From an uncultured Chthonomonadaceae bacterium (lineage in GTDB: Bacteria > Armatimonadota > Chthonomonadetes > Chthonomonadales > Chthonomonadaceae): a stretch of 64,000 nt of DNA. The notes below the pieces were generated by a model that was given only the letters and a program-made list of their open reading frames with translations, did no database searches and was not told the origin of the DNA. Positions 9,562-19,968 of the stretch are shown here, in pieces (the stretch's first letter is position 1; every line of letters starts with the position of its first letter). The stretch spans positions 32,001-96,000 of the forward strand of contig CAWIEK010000009.1 in assembly GCA_963835065.1 (NCBI GenBank), in the 5' to 3' direction. The translations under genes and the position numbers were made by a program.

Positions 9562-11226
9562 CTATCTTCGCGCCGTTGCGGTGATTTCTTCCGCCGCGAG
9601 GCGGCCTGAAGTCAGCACGATGGGAACGCCGCCGCCCGGATGGGTGCTGGCGCCGACGAAGTACAGGCCATTCACGTCTTCGCTGCGGCTGTGCGGGCGG
9701 AAGTAGGCCGACTGCAAGAAACTTGGCGTCAGGCCGCTGTACGCCGCGCCCGCGCAGCAGCCGTAAAGCGACTCGAACTCCGGGGGCGTGAATTCGCGCT
9801 CGAACACGATGTTGTCGCGCAGACCGGGCAGCCCTTCATTTTCCAGTTTCGTCAACACGCGCTCACGCAGCAGGGGCGCTTCGCGTTTCCAATCAATCTT
9901 GGCGTCCGTGTTGGGACAGGGAACCAGAACATACACAACATCGTGGCCGGGAGGAGCCAGCGTCGGGTCGGTACGGGTCGGGATGCAGACGTGCATGGCC
10001 GGGTCACGGGGCAGGATGTGGTGAACGCAAATGTCGTCTATGATCTGCCGGTAGTTGTCACTCAGCACGATCATGTTATGTCCCCACTCGCTCGGTATTT
10101 GCTTCACGCCAAGATACAGCAGATACCCGGAACAGCCGAAGTCATGTTTATCTATTCGCGCATCCGTGTGCTTGCGCCGGACTTCGGGCGGCAGCAGCGT
10201 TTTATACGCCATTGGCACATCTAAATTACACACTACCACGTCGGCCTGCCAATTGCGCCCGTCACAGGTACGAACGCCCGTCGCCTGCTTGCCTTCCATT
10301 GTAATGCGCTCGACGGGCTGATTGAAGTGCAGATTACCGCCCAATTCGCGCAGCAGGGTTTCCAGCGCGTCAGCAAGGGCAATCGTGCCGCCTTTCGGGA
10401 ACCACACGCCGAATTCCATTTCAATGTAGGGCAGCAGGGCGTAAATGGAAGGACAGGCGTAGGGACTCATGCCTAAATACAGGGTTTGAAACGTGAGCGC
10501 CTGCCGGAGTTTTTCGTTCGTGATGTTTTTGCTGACGAACTTGTACACGCTTTCAAGGGGTAAGGCTTTCACCAGCCCGCGCAGGGTTTGCGGGTGCGTG
10601 AGGTCGCGCAGGCTGTTGAACGAGCGTTCGATAAAGTTGTAGCGGGCGTTGTCGTACTTGCCCTTCATTTTGCCGATAAACGGGCGGATGCGGTCTTTAT
10701 CTTCGGGCGCGAACTCCTGCATGTGCGCGATCATCTCGTCAATGGAGCCGCCCATGTTCAATTGGCTGCCGTCCGGCCAGACGATGGTATACGCGGGAGT
10801 GAGTCGCGTCCAACTTAAATAATCTTTGATGTCGCGCCCGCAGGCGCGGAAGATATTTTCAACGACTTCGGGCATCATCAGCATGGTCGGCCCCATGTCA
10901 ATGGTAAACCCCTGCTCCCGAATCACGTTCATGCGCCCGCCACTGCGCGCGTTGCGCTCGATCACATCCACCTGCCAGCCCTGCCGCGCCAGATGAATGG
11001 CGGCGGAAAGCCCGCCCAAGCCCGCCCCAATCACAACCGCGCGGGGACTATCAGCGACATTTCGCGTCTCATTCTGCGCGTTGCGGCGGTCTGAGCGGCG
11101 GTGTTCATCGCCGAAATCAGCATTGTCCTGCTGGCGCGCTCTGGCAGGCGCGGCAACGGAAGGGGACATGGCGGCAGACGGAAGGGGAGCAAACTCGGCT
11201 CCATCGGATACATTCATCGAAGACAA
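9562..11226 (-). CDS. Phytoene desaturase family protein, CrtN/CrtI-like
   Basis: GAGLGG, DMGPTMLMMP, FQTLYLGMSP, GVWFPKGG, QSAYFRPH, VGASTHPGGGVPIV. Confidence 0.9.
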   Translation of the reverse strand: MSSMNVSDGAEFAPLPSAAMSPSVAAPARARQQDNADFGDEHRRSDRRNAQNETRNVADSPRAVVIGAGLGGLSAAIHLARQGWQVDVIERNARSGGRMNVIREQGFTIDMGPTMLMMPEVVENIFRACGRDIKDYLSWTRLTPAYTIVWPDGSQLNMGGSIDEMIAHMQEFAPEDKDRIRPFIGKMKGKYDNARYNFIERSFNSLRDLTHPQTLRGLVKALPLESVYKFVSKNITNEKLRQALTFQTLYLGMSPYACPSIYALLPYIEMEFGVWFPKGGTIALADALETLLRELGGNLHFNQPVERITMEGKQATGVRTCDGRNWQADVVVCNLDVPMAYKTLLPPEVRRKHTDARIDKHDFGCSGYLLYLGVKQIPSEWGHNMIVLSDNYRQIIDDICVHHILPRDPAMHVCIPTRTDPTLAPPGHDVVYVLVPCPNTDAKIDWKREAPLLRERVLTKLENEGLPGLRDNIVFEREFTPPEFESLYGCCAGAAYSGLTPSFLQSAYFRPHSRSEDVNGLYFVGASTHPGGGVPIVLTSGRLAAEEITATARR

Positions 11227-11305
11227 CGCGCCTCCTCACGGGCATGGTCACGCACGGACGTACAACCTTTGTACGCGCTGAACCGTTGATTTACTTCACA
11301 ATGTC

Positions 11306-11419
11306 GGTGTTCAGGTGTTCGGGTATTCAGGTGTTCGTTATGATTGCTTTCTGCGCTAAAGCAAACGTTGGTGCTTTTGTATCTCCTGAACACCCGAACA
11401 CCTGAATACCTGAACACCC
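11306..11419. repeat. ggtgttca/tgaacacc octamer tandem repeats in inverted arrangement
   Basis: Same family at 23396-23428, 47022-47127 and 61750-61856. Confidence 0.85.
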
Positions 11420-11421
11420 AC

Positions 11422-11901
11422 CTAATCCTGCAAGGTTTCCAGAACGCGCAATAACTCCTGTGGCGCGGGATTGCCGCGCTGCGCGAACGCGATTTTGCCC
11501 TGCCGGTCTATCAGGTACACGGTTCGGCGGATAAGGCCGAACAACATGCGGCAGCCATACGCGGCGGCGATTTCATTTTTCGCGTCCACCAGCAGGGGAA
11601 ACGGAAACTGATGGCGGGCGACAAAACCGGCGTGTTTCTCCTGGTTGGCGGGGTTGACGCCGTAAACGCGCGTGTCCTGCGCCTGAAAGCGGCTCCAATC
11701 ATCGCGGAACGCGCACAATTGCGCGGTGCAAACGGGCGTATTATCTCCCGGATAAAACACCAGCACGACCCGCTCCTTGCCGCGCAGGGCTGACAGGGAC
11801 AGCGTACTGCCGTCGCTGCATAGACAGGTGAAGTCAGGCGCAGGCTGTCCTACGGAGATAAGGTTCGATTGCGCAGCCACGTTTGTTTCGCTTTCCCTCA
11901 A
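11422..11901 (-). CDS. Peroxiredoxin (BCP/AhpC-TSA family)
   Basis: APDFT, FYPGDNTPVCTAQLC, FPFPLLVD, RTVYLID. Confidence 0.92.
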   Translation of the reverse strand: MRESETNVAAQSNLISVGQPAPDFTCLCSDGSTLSLSALRGKERVVLVFYPGDNTPVCTAQLCAFRDDWSRFQAQDTRVYGVNPANQEKHAGFVARHQFPFPLLVDAKNEIAAAYGCRMLFGLIRRTVYLIDRQGKIAFAQRGNPAPQELLRVLETLQD

Positions 11902-12153
11902 AGTTTTGCCCTGTCGCGGCGGGCGTATTGCACAGGACGCGCGTTCCGCTGCGAACGGAAAACAGTCGCTTGTGTCAGGCGGTAGAGGCTCCGGGCTGTT
12001 CTTATATTACTGTTCACTAATGTAACTGGTTCCACGTTCCGGCTTTTTCGTGTCTTTTTGCCGTATTCTTTCGGGCTTAATCGCCCGGCCCTCAACCCCT
12101 GACCCCTTCTCCCAAAGTTGGGAGAAGGGGAATCAATCAGGACAGGCTCTTGC

Positions 12154-13758
12154 TTACTCTTCTTTGCCGCCTGCGTGCTGAAGCAGAACGACAAGGGTTG
12201 CATCCTTGTGCTTGCGCGCGTAATACAAGGGCGTGTGTACGGACGACGTGTGCGCGTTCACATCTGCGCCATGCTGGAGCAGCAGGCGCGTACAGGGGAT
12301 GTTGGACGCCAGAACTGCGAGGCACAGCGGTGTTCGCGTGGATTGGGAACGTCCTGTTTGGTTGGGATTTGCGCCATGTTCCAGCAGAAACGCTACACCG
12401 GAAGGGGCATGGAGAACAGCCTGGCACAGCGCCGTTTCGCCCGCCTTATTTGTCCCGTTGACATTGGCTCCCAACGCAAGCAGGCGCGGGAACAAATCGG
12501 CGTGCCCAGCCTGTGCCGCCCACGCCAGAATGCCTTGTTTGTCCGAGCCGATCTTCGCGCCCGCTTGCTGCAGCAGGGTCACACATTCGGGAGCAAAGCA
12601 AGCCGCGTTCATCAGGAGGGATGCAGGCATCAAGCCTTTGTTTCCATACAATTTTGACATACCCATACTTCCGTCACTTAACGGTTGATTTACGTCGGCT
12701 CCATGTTGAAGCAGTACCCGAAGCTGCGCCCTGTCCCGCCGCAAAATGGCGGCTTTCAGCGCGGCTGCATTGTATCCGTTGACATTCGCGCCCTTTCGGA
12801 GCAGTTCCGGCACAAGCGCAGGCAGATTGACAACGGCGGAAGCGAGGGCGGGAAGGTCCCAGGCACTGCTTGCGGGCGCTGCGTTGGGATCGGCTCCATG
12901 CGCGAGCAGCAGGCGAGCAAGAACGGCGTCTTTGTGGGTGATTGCCTGTAACAGTGGCGGCGAAAGCAGGGTGCTGCCGGCATTGACATTCGCGCCGTGT
13001 TCCAGCAGCAGGCGAACCGCGCCCATGCTGCGCCGGTCAACAGCGACTTGCAAGGGGGTCGGCTGCTCGATTGGAGGAACAACGCTAACAGCCGGTTCGC
13101 GGGCATCCACGGCAGCGCCCGCTTCCAAAGCCGCGCGCAATCCGGCAAGGTCATCCAGCCGTATCCATTGGTGGAGCGTTACGCGCGCGCCATGCGCCTG
13201 CAGCAGGCGCGCGAGTTCCCGCGTAACTCGACAATACTGTTCGGCTTCGGCGGCTGCCTTCTGCGGATCATGGGGATAAACGGCACGAGAACTGCGCGCA
13301 ATGGCGCAATCCATTGGCAACCCGGAATTGGGCTGAAGGGCGTTTGCATCCGCCCCATGTTCCAGCAGAGCGCGCGTCAGTTTGACGTTGCCATCGTTGC
13401 AGGCGATATTAAGCAAACCTGCATCCCACTTTTCACGCACATTCGCGCCATGTTCGACCAACAGGCAGGCGATCTCTGTTTGTTTTTCTTTGGCGGCTGA
13501 ATTGGCGGCGCTCCCCGTAATTCCACACGCCACATACAGCAGGGGAATATCCTCGCCTAATTCGGTTTCATGTGGTTTCCTCGTGTTGGGATTTGCGCCT
13601 TTGGCAAGCAGGGCGCGAACGGCGGGCACATTTTTGGTTTCAACGGCGGTGAGAAGCGCGGCATCGAGATAGCGCCGGTACACGTTCCGTCCGATGATAG
13701 CAAGCGCGCAAACAACAACGAGCGGGAACAGCAAACGCGGCAAACGGCCTTTTGACAT
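12154..13758 (-). CDS. Ankyrin repeat protein with N-terminal TM anchor
   Basis: Many LLxHGA(D/N)VN and TPL ankyrin motifs; GAGGA RBS before ATG 13758. Confidence 0.9.
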   Translation of the reverse strand: MSKGRLPRLLFPLVVVCALAIIGRNVYRRYLDAALLTAVETKNVPAVRALLAKGANPNTRKPHETELGEDIPLLYVACGITGSAANSAAKEKQTEIACLLVEHGANVREKWDAGLLNIACNDGNVKLTRALLEHGADANALQPNSGLPMDCAIARSSRAVYPHDPQKAAAEAEQYCRVTRELARLLQAHGARVTLHQWIRLDDLAGLRAALEAGAAVDAREPAVSVVPPIEQPTPLQVAVDRRSMGAVRLLLEHGANVNAGSTLLSPPLLQAITHKDAVLARLLLAHGADPNAAPASSAWDLPALASAVVNLPALVPELLRKGANVNGYNAAALKAAILRRDRAQLRVLLQHGADVNQPLSDGSMGMSKLYGNKGLMPASLLMNAACFAPECVTLLQQAGAKIGSDKQGILAWAAQAGHADLFPRLLALGANVNGTNKAGETALCQAVLHAPSGVAFLLEHGANPNQTGRSQSTRTPLCLAVLASNIPCTRLLLQHGADVNAHTSSVHTPLYYARKHKDATLVVLLQHAGGKEE

Positions 13759-13889
13759 AGCGGTGTCCTCGTGGGGGGAGGAAGATGGGCGCAAGGATAG
13801 CCCGAACGCCGGGGCAGCGTTGGAGCAGGGACGGCATTGTTTTGAGCGGTGATGATGTGTCCCCAATGCGGGCATATAAATGGAGCGGG

Positions 13890-14480
13890 CGCGGCTGTTT
13901 GCGAACGCGCGCCAGTAGCTTCTTTTGCTCCTCTGCGCCGCTACCGCCTTCGTGGGGCAACAGCGTCCAGAGGAGGGGAATAGCCCGCTTGCGAGAGGCT
14001 AAGGCGACAAACAACAGGTGAAAGCGGTCGTCAAGATCGGTCTGATCCCTAATCAACTCGCTCTCGCGGTTCTTCCAGCAGGCCAGCCCTGCCCGTGCCA
14101 TGCCTTTGTACCAGAGCGTAGGCGCACTCGCCTTGTTCTTGAGAAAGCGTTCCAGGCGCTGCAAGGCGTTGCGCGCGTTACCGGGAATAGGAAGGCGTTG
14201 GGCGCGTTACCGGCAATAGGCAAGAACAACGCGATTTTGGGCAAATGGACATGGCCGGCAAGCACCAAGCCAGAGATGAACAGCGCCAGATTGTGGAGTT
14301 GGGGCACACTGGCGTCAGGCACACGTAGACGCAAACGCGCTGACAGGGTATCATAATTCGTACAAGACCGCTTCATGGTTGACCTCGGTGAGCATGTGGG
14401 TTGGCGCTTACATTCTACCAACTTTGTCACCGAAACGGTCTTGTTCTCATTATCACTTTTTCTGAAGGTTCGTCAGGGCT
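13890..14480 (-). pseudogene. Truncated, frameshifted IS4-like DDE transposase remnant
   Basis: Fragments in two frames (LALFISGLVLAGHVHLPKIA; QRLERFLKN; DQTDL..LFVALASRKRAIPLLW); an internal duplication breaks the frame; C-terminal half absent. Confidence 0.7.
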
Positions 14481-14582
14481 GTGTACTAAATTAGGATATA
14501 TTTCTACTCTCATTGGCTCAGACAGCACCCTGAATTGCAACTACTATCGGTTCACAGGAGCCAAAACACTGGCTTTTTTTGA

Positions 14583-14831
14583 ATGAGCAGCAACACGATG
14601 CAATCCAAAAACAATGTAATCCGCCCGTCCGTGAGTGATGTTTTAGATCAGGCATGGCTCGATGCAGGAATGTCGCTACAAGAGTTGGAAACAAATAAGC
14701 GTCTGGCAGACATTTTCGATCAATTGCTGGCTTCGGGACGAACGCCGGAAGACATCAATGCGGAGTGGGAAATGAAAACGCCACAGGAAATTATATGCAA
14801 TCATGCGCCTCCATTACGGACACAGAACTGA
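14583..14831 (+). CDS. Hypothetical protein (82 aa)
   Basis: Protein-like ORF followed by a terminator hairpin. Confidence 0.45.
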   Translation: MSSNTMQSKNNVIRPSVSDVLDQAWLDAGMSLQELETNKRLADIFDQLLASGRTPEDINAEWEMKTPQEIICNHAPPLRTQN

Positions 14832-14852
14832 TAACGCAGAACTGTTCAGGAA

Positions 14853-14890
14853 TTCAGCCCTGCGCGAGTATGGTCGCGCAGGGCTGAAAA
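14853..14890. terminator. Terminator hairpin between convergent genes
   Basis: ttcagccctgcgcga / tcgcgcagggctgaa. Confidence 0.75.
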
Positions 14891-14894
14891 TATG

Positions 14895-17800
14895 TTACCG
14901 TTGGGTGGTTTCGCGGCGGATGGCGCGTCCGGGGCGGTAGGCTTTGTCCGGGAACGCGGGCGGGTTGGGACGCGGAACCGGGTGTTTGGCGATGTCGGCT
15001 TTTAGCGCGGCAATCGCCCGATCCAATTGCGGGTCGCGCCCGGCCATCAGGCTTGCCGGATCGTTGGCAACGGTAATGTCGGGCTGCGCCCCGGTTCCCT
15101 CGATGAGCCACGTTCCCTTGCCGTCCGGCGCCCATTCGCCGTAATTGGGAATGGATAGCCTGCCGCCGTCTATCAGCGGATAGCCACCGCCGGAGCCGAC
15201 CTCCCCGCCCCATGTCCGAACGCCAACAACCGGGCCGAGTTTGAGCCGCTGAAAAGCGTCGCAGAATTCTTCCGCATTGGAACCGCTGTTTTCATTACAC
15301 AGGGCCACGCTGTAGCCGGAAAACCCCCAACTCTGCCGCGTCCATGACGCCCCGTAGCGCGGCTTGAAATAGGTCATGGGCTTGGACGCCATTTGCAGCA
15401 GCAGCATCGCCGAAATGTTGCCGCCGCCATTGTTGCGAACGTCGTAGATCATGCCGTCTTTGGGCAGATTGGCGTAATAGTGCTTGGTGAACTCGGTCAG
15501 GCCGCCCTGCGTCATGTCGGGAATATGGACGTAGCCCAGGTTTTCGCCGCCATGCGTTCGGACGTACTCGCGGCGGCTGTCCACCCAATCGTAGTACCGC
15601 GCTTTTGCCTCCGTTGCCATCGGTTTTACGCGAATCTCCCGCGCTCCCTCCAGAGTCGGCTTGCTGTTGACCGTAAGCGTCAGCATTTGCCCCGGCGTTC
15701 CGATCAGCAGCGCTTGAAGGTCCTGATCGGCGCGAACCGGCTGTCCTGCGACGGCAAGAACGTAATCGCCGACTTTGACGTTTACGCCCGGAGTCAGCAG
15801 GGGTGAGCGCGATTCAAGATCGAACTCGTCGCCTGGATACAGTTTTGTGATGCGGAAAGCGTCTACGCCTCCGACGACGCCATTCCCCGCGCCGCCCACA
15901 TTCCCTGCCCCGTTTGCGCCTCCATTCGCGTTTGCGCCCGCGTTGGGATTTGCATTGGCATTTGCATTGGCATTTGCGCCGTTCGCTTTGACCGGCTCGA
16001 AATCCGCGCCCAGATAGCCCATCGGAGCCGGACGCGCTGTTACCTCGCCCGTATCCCCGCCGCCCACATACGCATGGCCTGTATTCAGTTCGGCAATCAT
16101 ATCGCCCAAAATGCCGTTGAGGTCGCTGCGGTCAGCGACGGCGGGAAGCTGCGCCGCGTACTTGGCTTTCACGGCCTGCCAATTGACGCCGTGCATGTTC
16201 GGATCGTAGAAAAAGTCGCGGGCAATACGCCACGATTCGGCGAAAATCTGCTTCCACTCCTGCGCGGGATCAACCGTCAGGGTCACGCCCGCCATGTCCA
16301 CATTGCCGGTTCCGGGCGCGACAGGACCGGTTGAACTGTCCACAACAGCAAGCGCCTTGCCCGTCTGCAGCAGCAGTTTTTTGCGATCCGCCGATACCTG
16401 AAAGTCCGACAGGCGCGGAACCAGCGTCGCGCTTTGCTTCTTTTTGAGGTCGAAAGCAATCAATGAGTTGGGAACCGGGCCAGCCTGCCCTTCCGGGTCG
16501 GCGTTGACGAGCAGGAGCAGCCGTCCGTCCAGCGCCGCCACTTTGCCATAACGGTCGGCAGGCAGGGGAATGTCTACAAGCCGCGTGGCGATGCCGTTCA
16601 CATCCACTTTCACGGTCGGCAAACTTCCTGATGCCGGGGCCGCGTTGCCTGCCGCGCCGGGTACGCTTGTTGCCGCGCCGGTCACTGCGCCAGTCGGGGA
16701 TGCGGGCGTGGCAGGGGTTGAAGCCGGGGAAGCGGGACGGGAAGCCGCTGCGGTATCGGGCGTACCCTCCTCGTCGTTGTTGAGCAGGAACGGCGAGGGC
16801 GTGTCGGCGGCAAGGGGAACCAGCGTTACTTTTGTTGTTTTGCTGTACGCGAAGAAATGGCTTGCGCCGGCGTCTACAGGGTCGAATTGCCGGTCCGAGA
16901 GGAACACAAGATACTTGCCGGAGGAGTCGAACGTTGGCCCGTAACTGTTCATTTCAGATGTGGTAATCGCGGTTTTCTTGCGGGTGGCGATGTCGTACAG
17001 GTAAACGGCGCTGTTCCAGTTCGGCTCATTTTTGTCGTAAGCCAGCCATTTGCCGTCCGGGCTGAAGGCAACCGGGTCTACCATATTGTCGTAAGAGCCA
17101 CCCCGGTCAGCCTGATCTACGGTTGTCATTTCGCCTGTTGTCGTATCGGCAAGCAGAATCCGCATTTCCCGGTCACTGGTGGCAATGGTTTTGCCGTCCG
17201 GCGACCAGAGGAGGGGGCCGAGCGGCCCCTGATGGGCGCGGGTCAGTTGCCGCGCCGGCCCGGTTCCGGTTGTGGGCGCAATCCAGATTTGCTCTTCGCC
17301 GGAGCGATCCGACACAAACGCCATTTGCCTGCCGTCGCGCGACCACGAGGGATACTGCGAGCGGCTTCCCGGCAGAAGCGCAGCCGGGCGGGCATCGCCG
17401 TTTTCTACGGGAACGCTCCACACCTGCCCCCGCGCTTCCACAAGAACGCGCTTGCCTGTCGGCCCAATCGCGGCATAGTTGATCGCGGGCTGAAGCGGGA
17501 CGCGGCGCGAACGGGCATGGATGCGGTCGGAATTGAGCGCGAAGCGCAGTTCCGTTGTTTTGCTTGTGGCCGGGTCGAACAGAGCGAGTCCATGCCCGTG
17601 CTGAAACACAATGCGCCCGCCATCCGAAGCGGGATACGCGATGCCGTAATCCGTGTAATGGGTGACTTCGGCTGTTTTGCTTGTTTTCGGGTCGAGCCGG
17701 TACAGGTTGGCAATGCCGTCGCGCTCCGACACGAAATAGATTGCGTCTCCAACCCATACGGGTGTGGTATCAATGCCCGGATCATTGGTCAGTTTTTTGA

Positions 17801-18458
17801 ACGTTTTGGCACTCGTGTCGGCAAGCCAGATGGCGTCCGCCTGCCCACCCTGATAGCGAAACCAGTGCTGCCATTCCGCGCTGACGGGCACGTAAGCGAA
17901 CGTATGCCCATCGGAATTGACGGCGGCGTGTTCCACTTGCGGTATGGGCAGGAGCGTAGGCATTCCGCCGCCAACAGGAACCTGCCACAAGCGATTGCGG
18001 CGCTCACCCGAATTGCGGCGCGAACGGTACAGGATGAATTTACCGTCGGGCGTCCAGCCGACAACCTGCGCCCCGCTCGGATCATACGTCAAGCGTTTCG
18101 GTTCGCCGCCCACAAGCGGCATTACATACACGTCCACTCCGCCGTCGTACTGCGCAGTGAACGCCAGCATTTTACCGTCGGGTGAAAAGTGGGCGCGGGA
18201 TTCAATGCCGGGATGCGAGGTAATGCGCTGCGCGGTTCCCGCCTGAACGGAACCCAGCCACAGGTCGCCCTCAGACGTAAAGACAACCCGGTCGCCATGA
18301 ATATCCGCGCGGCGCAAAAACGGCGCTTCGGGGTTTTGCGCGTTCGCCCTCAGTGACAGTACGCCAACCGCAAACGCGGCAAAAGCAGCAATCCGCCACT
18401 TACGGCAGGCTAATCGCGTTGTGACCCTGGAAAAGAGTTTGTTGTTCATGGGAATCAT
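14895..18458 (-). CDS. Tricorn protease-like S41 peptidase (PD40 propellers, PDZ, S41)
   Basis: FTSEGDLW, SPDGK repeats, ELNTGHAY, GYVHIPDM, DVRNNGGG, SGSNAEEF, GVRTWGG. Confidence 0.95.
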   Translation of the reverse strand: MIPMNNKLFSRVTTRLACRKWRIAAFAAFAVGVLSLRANAQNPEAPFLRRADIHGDRVVFTSEGDLWLGSVQAGTAQRITSHPGIESRAHFSPDGKMLAFTAQYDGGVDVYVMPLVGGEPKRLTYDPSGAQVVGWTPDGKFILYRSRRNSGERRNRLWQVPVGGGMPTLLPIPQVEHAAVNSDGHTFAYVPVSAEWQHWFRYQGGQADAIWLADTSAKTFKKLTNDPGIDTTPVWVGDAIYFVSERDGIANLYRLDPKTSKTAEVTHYTDYGIAYPASDGGRIVFQHGHGLALFDPATSKTTELRFALNSDRIHARSRRVPLQPAINYAAIGPTGKRVLVEARGQVWSVPVENGDARPAALLPGSRSQYPSWSRDGRQMAFVSDRSGEEQIWIAPTTGTGPARQLTRAHQGPLGPLLWSPDGKTIATSDREMRILLADTTTGEMTTVDQADRGGSYDNMVDPVAFSPDGKWLAYDKNEPNWNSAVYLYDIATRKKTAITTSEMNSYGPTFDSSGKYLVFLSDRQFDPVDAGASHFFAYSKTTKVTLVPLAADTPSPFLLNNDEEGTPDTAAASRPASPASTPATPASPTGAVTGAATSVPGAAGNAAPASGSLPTVKVDVNGIATRLVDIPLPADRYGKVAALDGRLLLLVNADPEGQAGPVPNSLIAFDLKKKQSATLVPRLSDFQVSADRKKLLLQTGKALAVVDSSTGPVAPGTGNVDMAGVTLTVDPAQEWKQIFAESWRIARDFFYDPNMHGVNWQAVKAKYAAQLPAVADRSDLNGILGDMIAELNTGHAYVGGGDTGEVTARPAPMGYLGADFEPVKANGANANANANANPNAGANANGGANGAGNVGGAGNGVVGGVDAFRITKLYPGDEFDLESRSPLLTPGVNVKVGDYVLAVAGQPVRADQDLQALLIGTPGQMLTLTVNSKPTLEGAREIRVKPMATEAKARYYDWVDSRREYVRTHGGENLGYVHIPDMTQGGLTEFTKHYYANLPKDGMIYDVRNNGGGNISAMLLLQMASKPMTYFKPRYGASWTRQSWGFSGYSVALCNENSGSNAEEFCDAFQRLKLGPVVGVRTWGGEVGSGGGYPLIDGGRLSIPNYGEWAPDGKGTWLIEGTGAQPDITVANDPASLMAGRDPQLDRAIAALKADIAKHPVPRPNPPAFPDKAYRPGRAIRRETTQR

Positions 18459-18475
18459 TATACTCCCCTTTTGTG

Positions 18476-19705
18476 CTACTCTGTTCTTACCGCCTGACTT
18501 TGGGCATACGCGGAAACAACCGGGAGGGGCATCAAGTCCGGGGTCAGGTTTTTGGCGGTTCGGTCCGACAGCACGACGCTGCGCTCGACGACGTTTTCCA
18601 GTTCGCGCACGTTACCCGGCCAGCGATAGGCGCGGAGCATATCCCATACCTGCGCGTCTACCGTTATGATTTTACGCCCGTTCTGCTTGCAGTATTTGTC
18701 CAGAAAGTGTTCGACGAGCGTCGGAATATCTTCCGGTCGTTCGCGCAGGGGCGGCAGGAAAATGGAGATGATGTTCAGGCGATAATATAAATCCGCGCGA
18801 AACGTGCCATCTTCCACGCATTTTTCAAGGTCTTGGTTGGTGGCGGTAATCAGCCGCACGTCCACTTTGGTTGTTTTGGTCGCCCCGATGCGCTCGAACT
18901 CCCACTCCTGCAAAACGCGCAGCATTTTAATTTGCACCGAGGCGGGAATGTCGCCGATCTCATCCAGAAACAGCGAACCGTTGTTTGCCAGTTCAAACCG
19001 GCCCGGCTTTGCCGCCACTGCGCCCGTAAACGCATTTTTTTCGTGTCCGAACAACTCGCTTTCCAGCAGGGTTTCGGGCAGGGCAGCGCACGACACGGCG
19101 ACAAACGGTTTGCCACTTCGCGGACTGTTGTAGTGCAGGGCGCGGGCGATGAGTTCTTTGCCCGTGCCGCTTTCGCCGCGTATGAGAACGGTTGCGCGGC
19201 TCTCGGCAACCCGCTCCACAATTTTGTACACTTCCTGCATTTTACCGCTTACGCAGTCCAAGCTGTCAAGGCGCACGGTTGTTTTTAACTGCTGCCTGAG
19301 TTCGGTATTTTCCGCCAGCAGGGCGCGATGCTCCAGCGCTTTCTTAATCACCAGCCGCACTTCGTCCATGTCAAAGGGCTTTTGCAGGTAGTTGAACGCG
19401 CCGTGCCGCATGGCTTCTACAGCGGATTTGATGGTTCCATAGGCGGTCACGATAATCGCGGAACATTGCGGATGCAGTTCTTTGACCTTTTGCAGCACTT
19501 CCACGCCCGTAATATCCGGCATGATCAGGTCGGAAATCAGCACGTCTATGGTGTGCGTGGAAGCCAGATCAATGGCTTTCTTGCCGTTTTCCGCTGTGAG
19601 TACCGTATAGCCTTCTTTTAGCAGCATCGCTTCAAACACGCGCCGAATGTTTGGCTCGTCATCCGCAATCAAAATCGTGCTGTTCTTGCCGTTCGCCGCT
19701 GCCAT
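18476..19705 (-). CDS. Sigma54-dependent response regulator (REC + AAA+), no C-terminal HTH
   Basis: [60 protein letters not shown]. Confidence 0.95.
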   Translation of the reverse strand: MAAANGKNSTILIADDEPNIRRVFEAMLLKEGYTVLTAENGKKAIDLASTHTIDVLISDLIMPDITGVEVLQKVKELHPQCSAIIVTAYGTIKSAVEAMRHGAFNYLQKPFDMDEVRLVIKKALEHRALLAENTELRQQLKTTVRLDSLDCVSGKMQEVYKIVERVAESRATVLIRGESGTGKELIARALHYNSPRSGKPFVAVSCAALPETLLESELFGHEKNAFTGAVAAKPGRFELANNGSLFLDEIGDIPASVQIKMLRVLQEWEFERIGATKTTKVDVRLITATNQDLEKCVEDGTFRADLYYRLNIISIFLPPLRERPEDIPTLVEHFLDKYCKQNGRKIITVDAQVWDMLRAYRWPGNVRELENVVERSVVLSDRTAKNLTPDLMPLPVVSAYAQSQAVRTE

Positions 19706-19885
19706 TGGCCTTGCTGCTCCTTAAAAGGTGATTATATCAGAAAAGTGATTCTTAGAATGTCCGCCGCGTCAACACTTCGACGCCCAATTCCGGCGTTTCT
19801 GTTCCCCGCTTCAAGTGGGATTGTGGCGGATTCGCTGAGTTTTTCCAGTGGTTCGTGAATTTTCCGGTAGGTTTGCAGGCGAAGG

Positions 19886-19963
19886 AGTTGATAGTTGATA
19901 GTTGATAGTTGATAGAGATAAGCGTCCCATCCCGTAAACCCCAACACCTGACACCCAACACCC
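19886..19963. repeat. Heptamer tandem repeats (gttgata x4; aacaccc-type)
   Basis: Direct inspection. Confidence 0.8.
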
Positions 19964-19968
19964 ACTTT

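Noticed and set aside
16857..18185. Long + strand ORFs opposite genes (also 43740-44801, 60611-61588, 45286-46212)
   Set aside because: Antisense shadows of high-GC coding genes with no domain signatures
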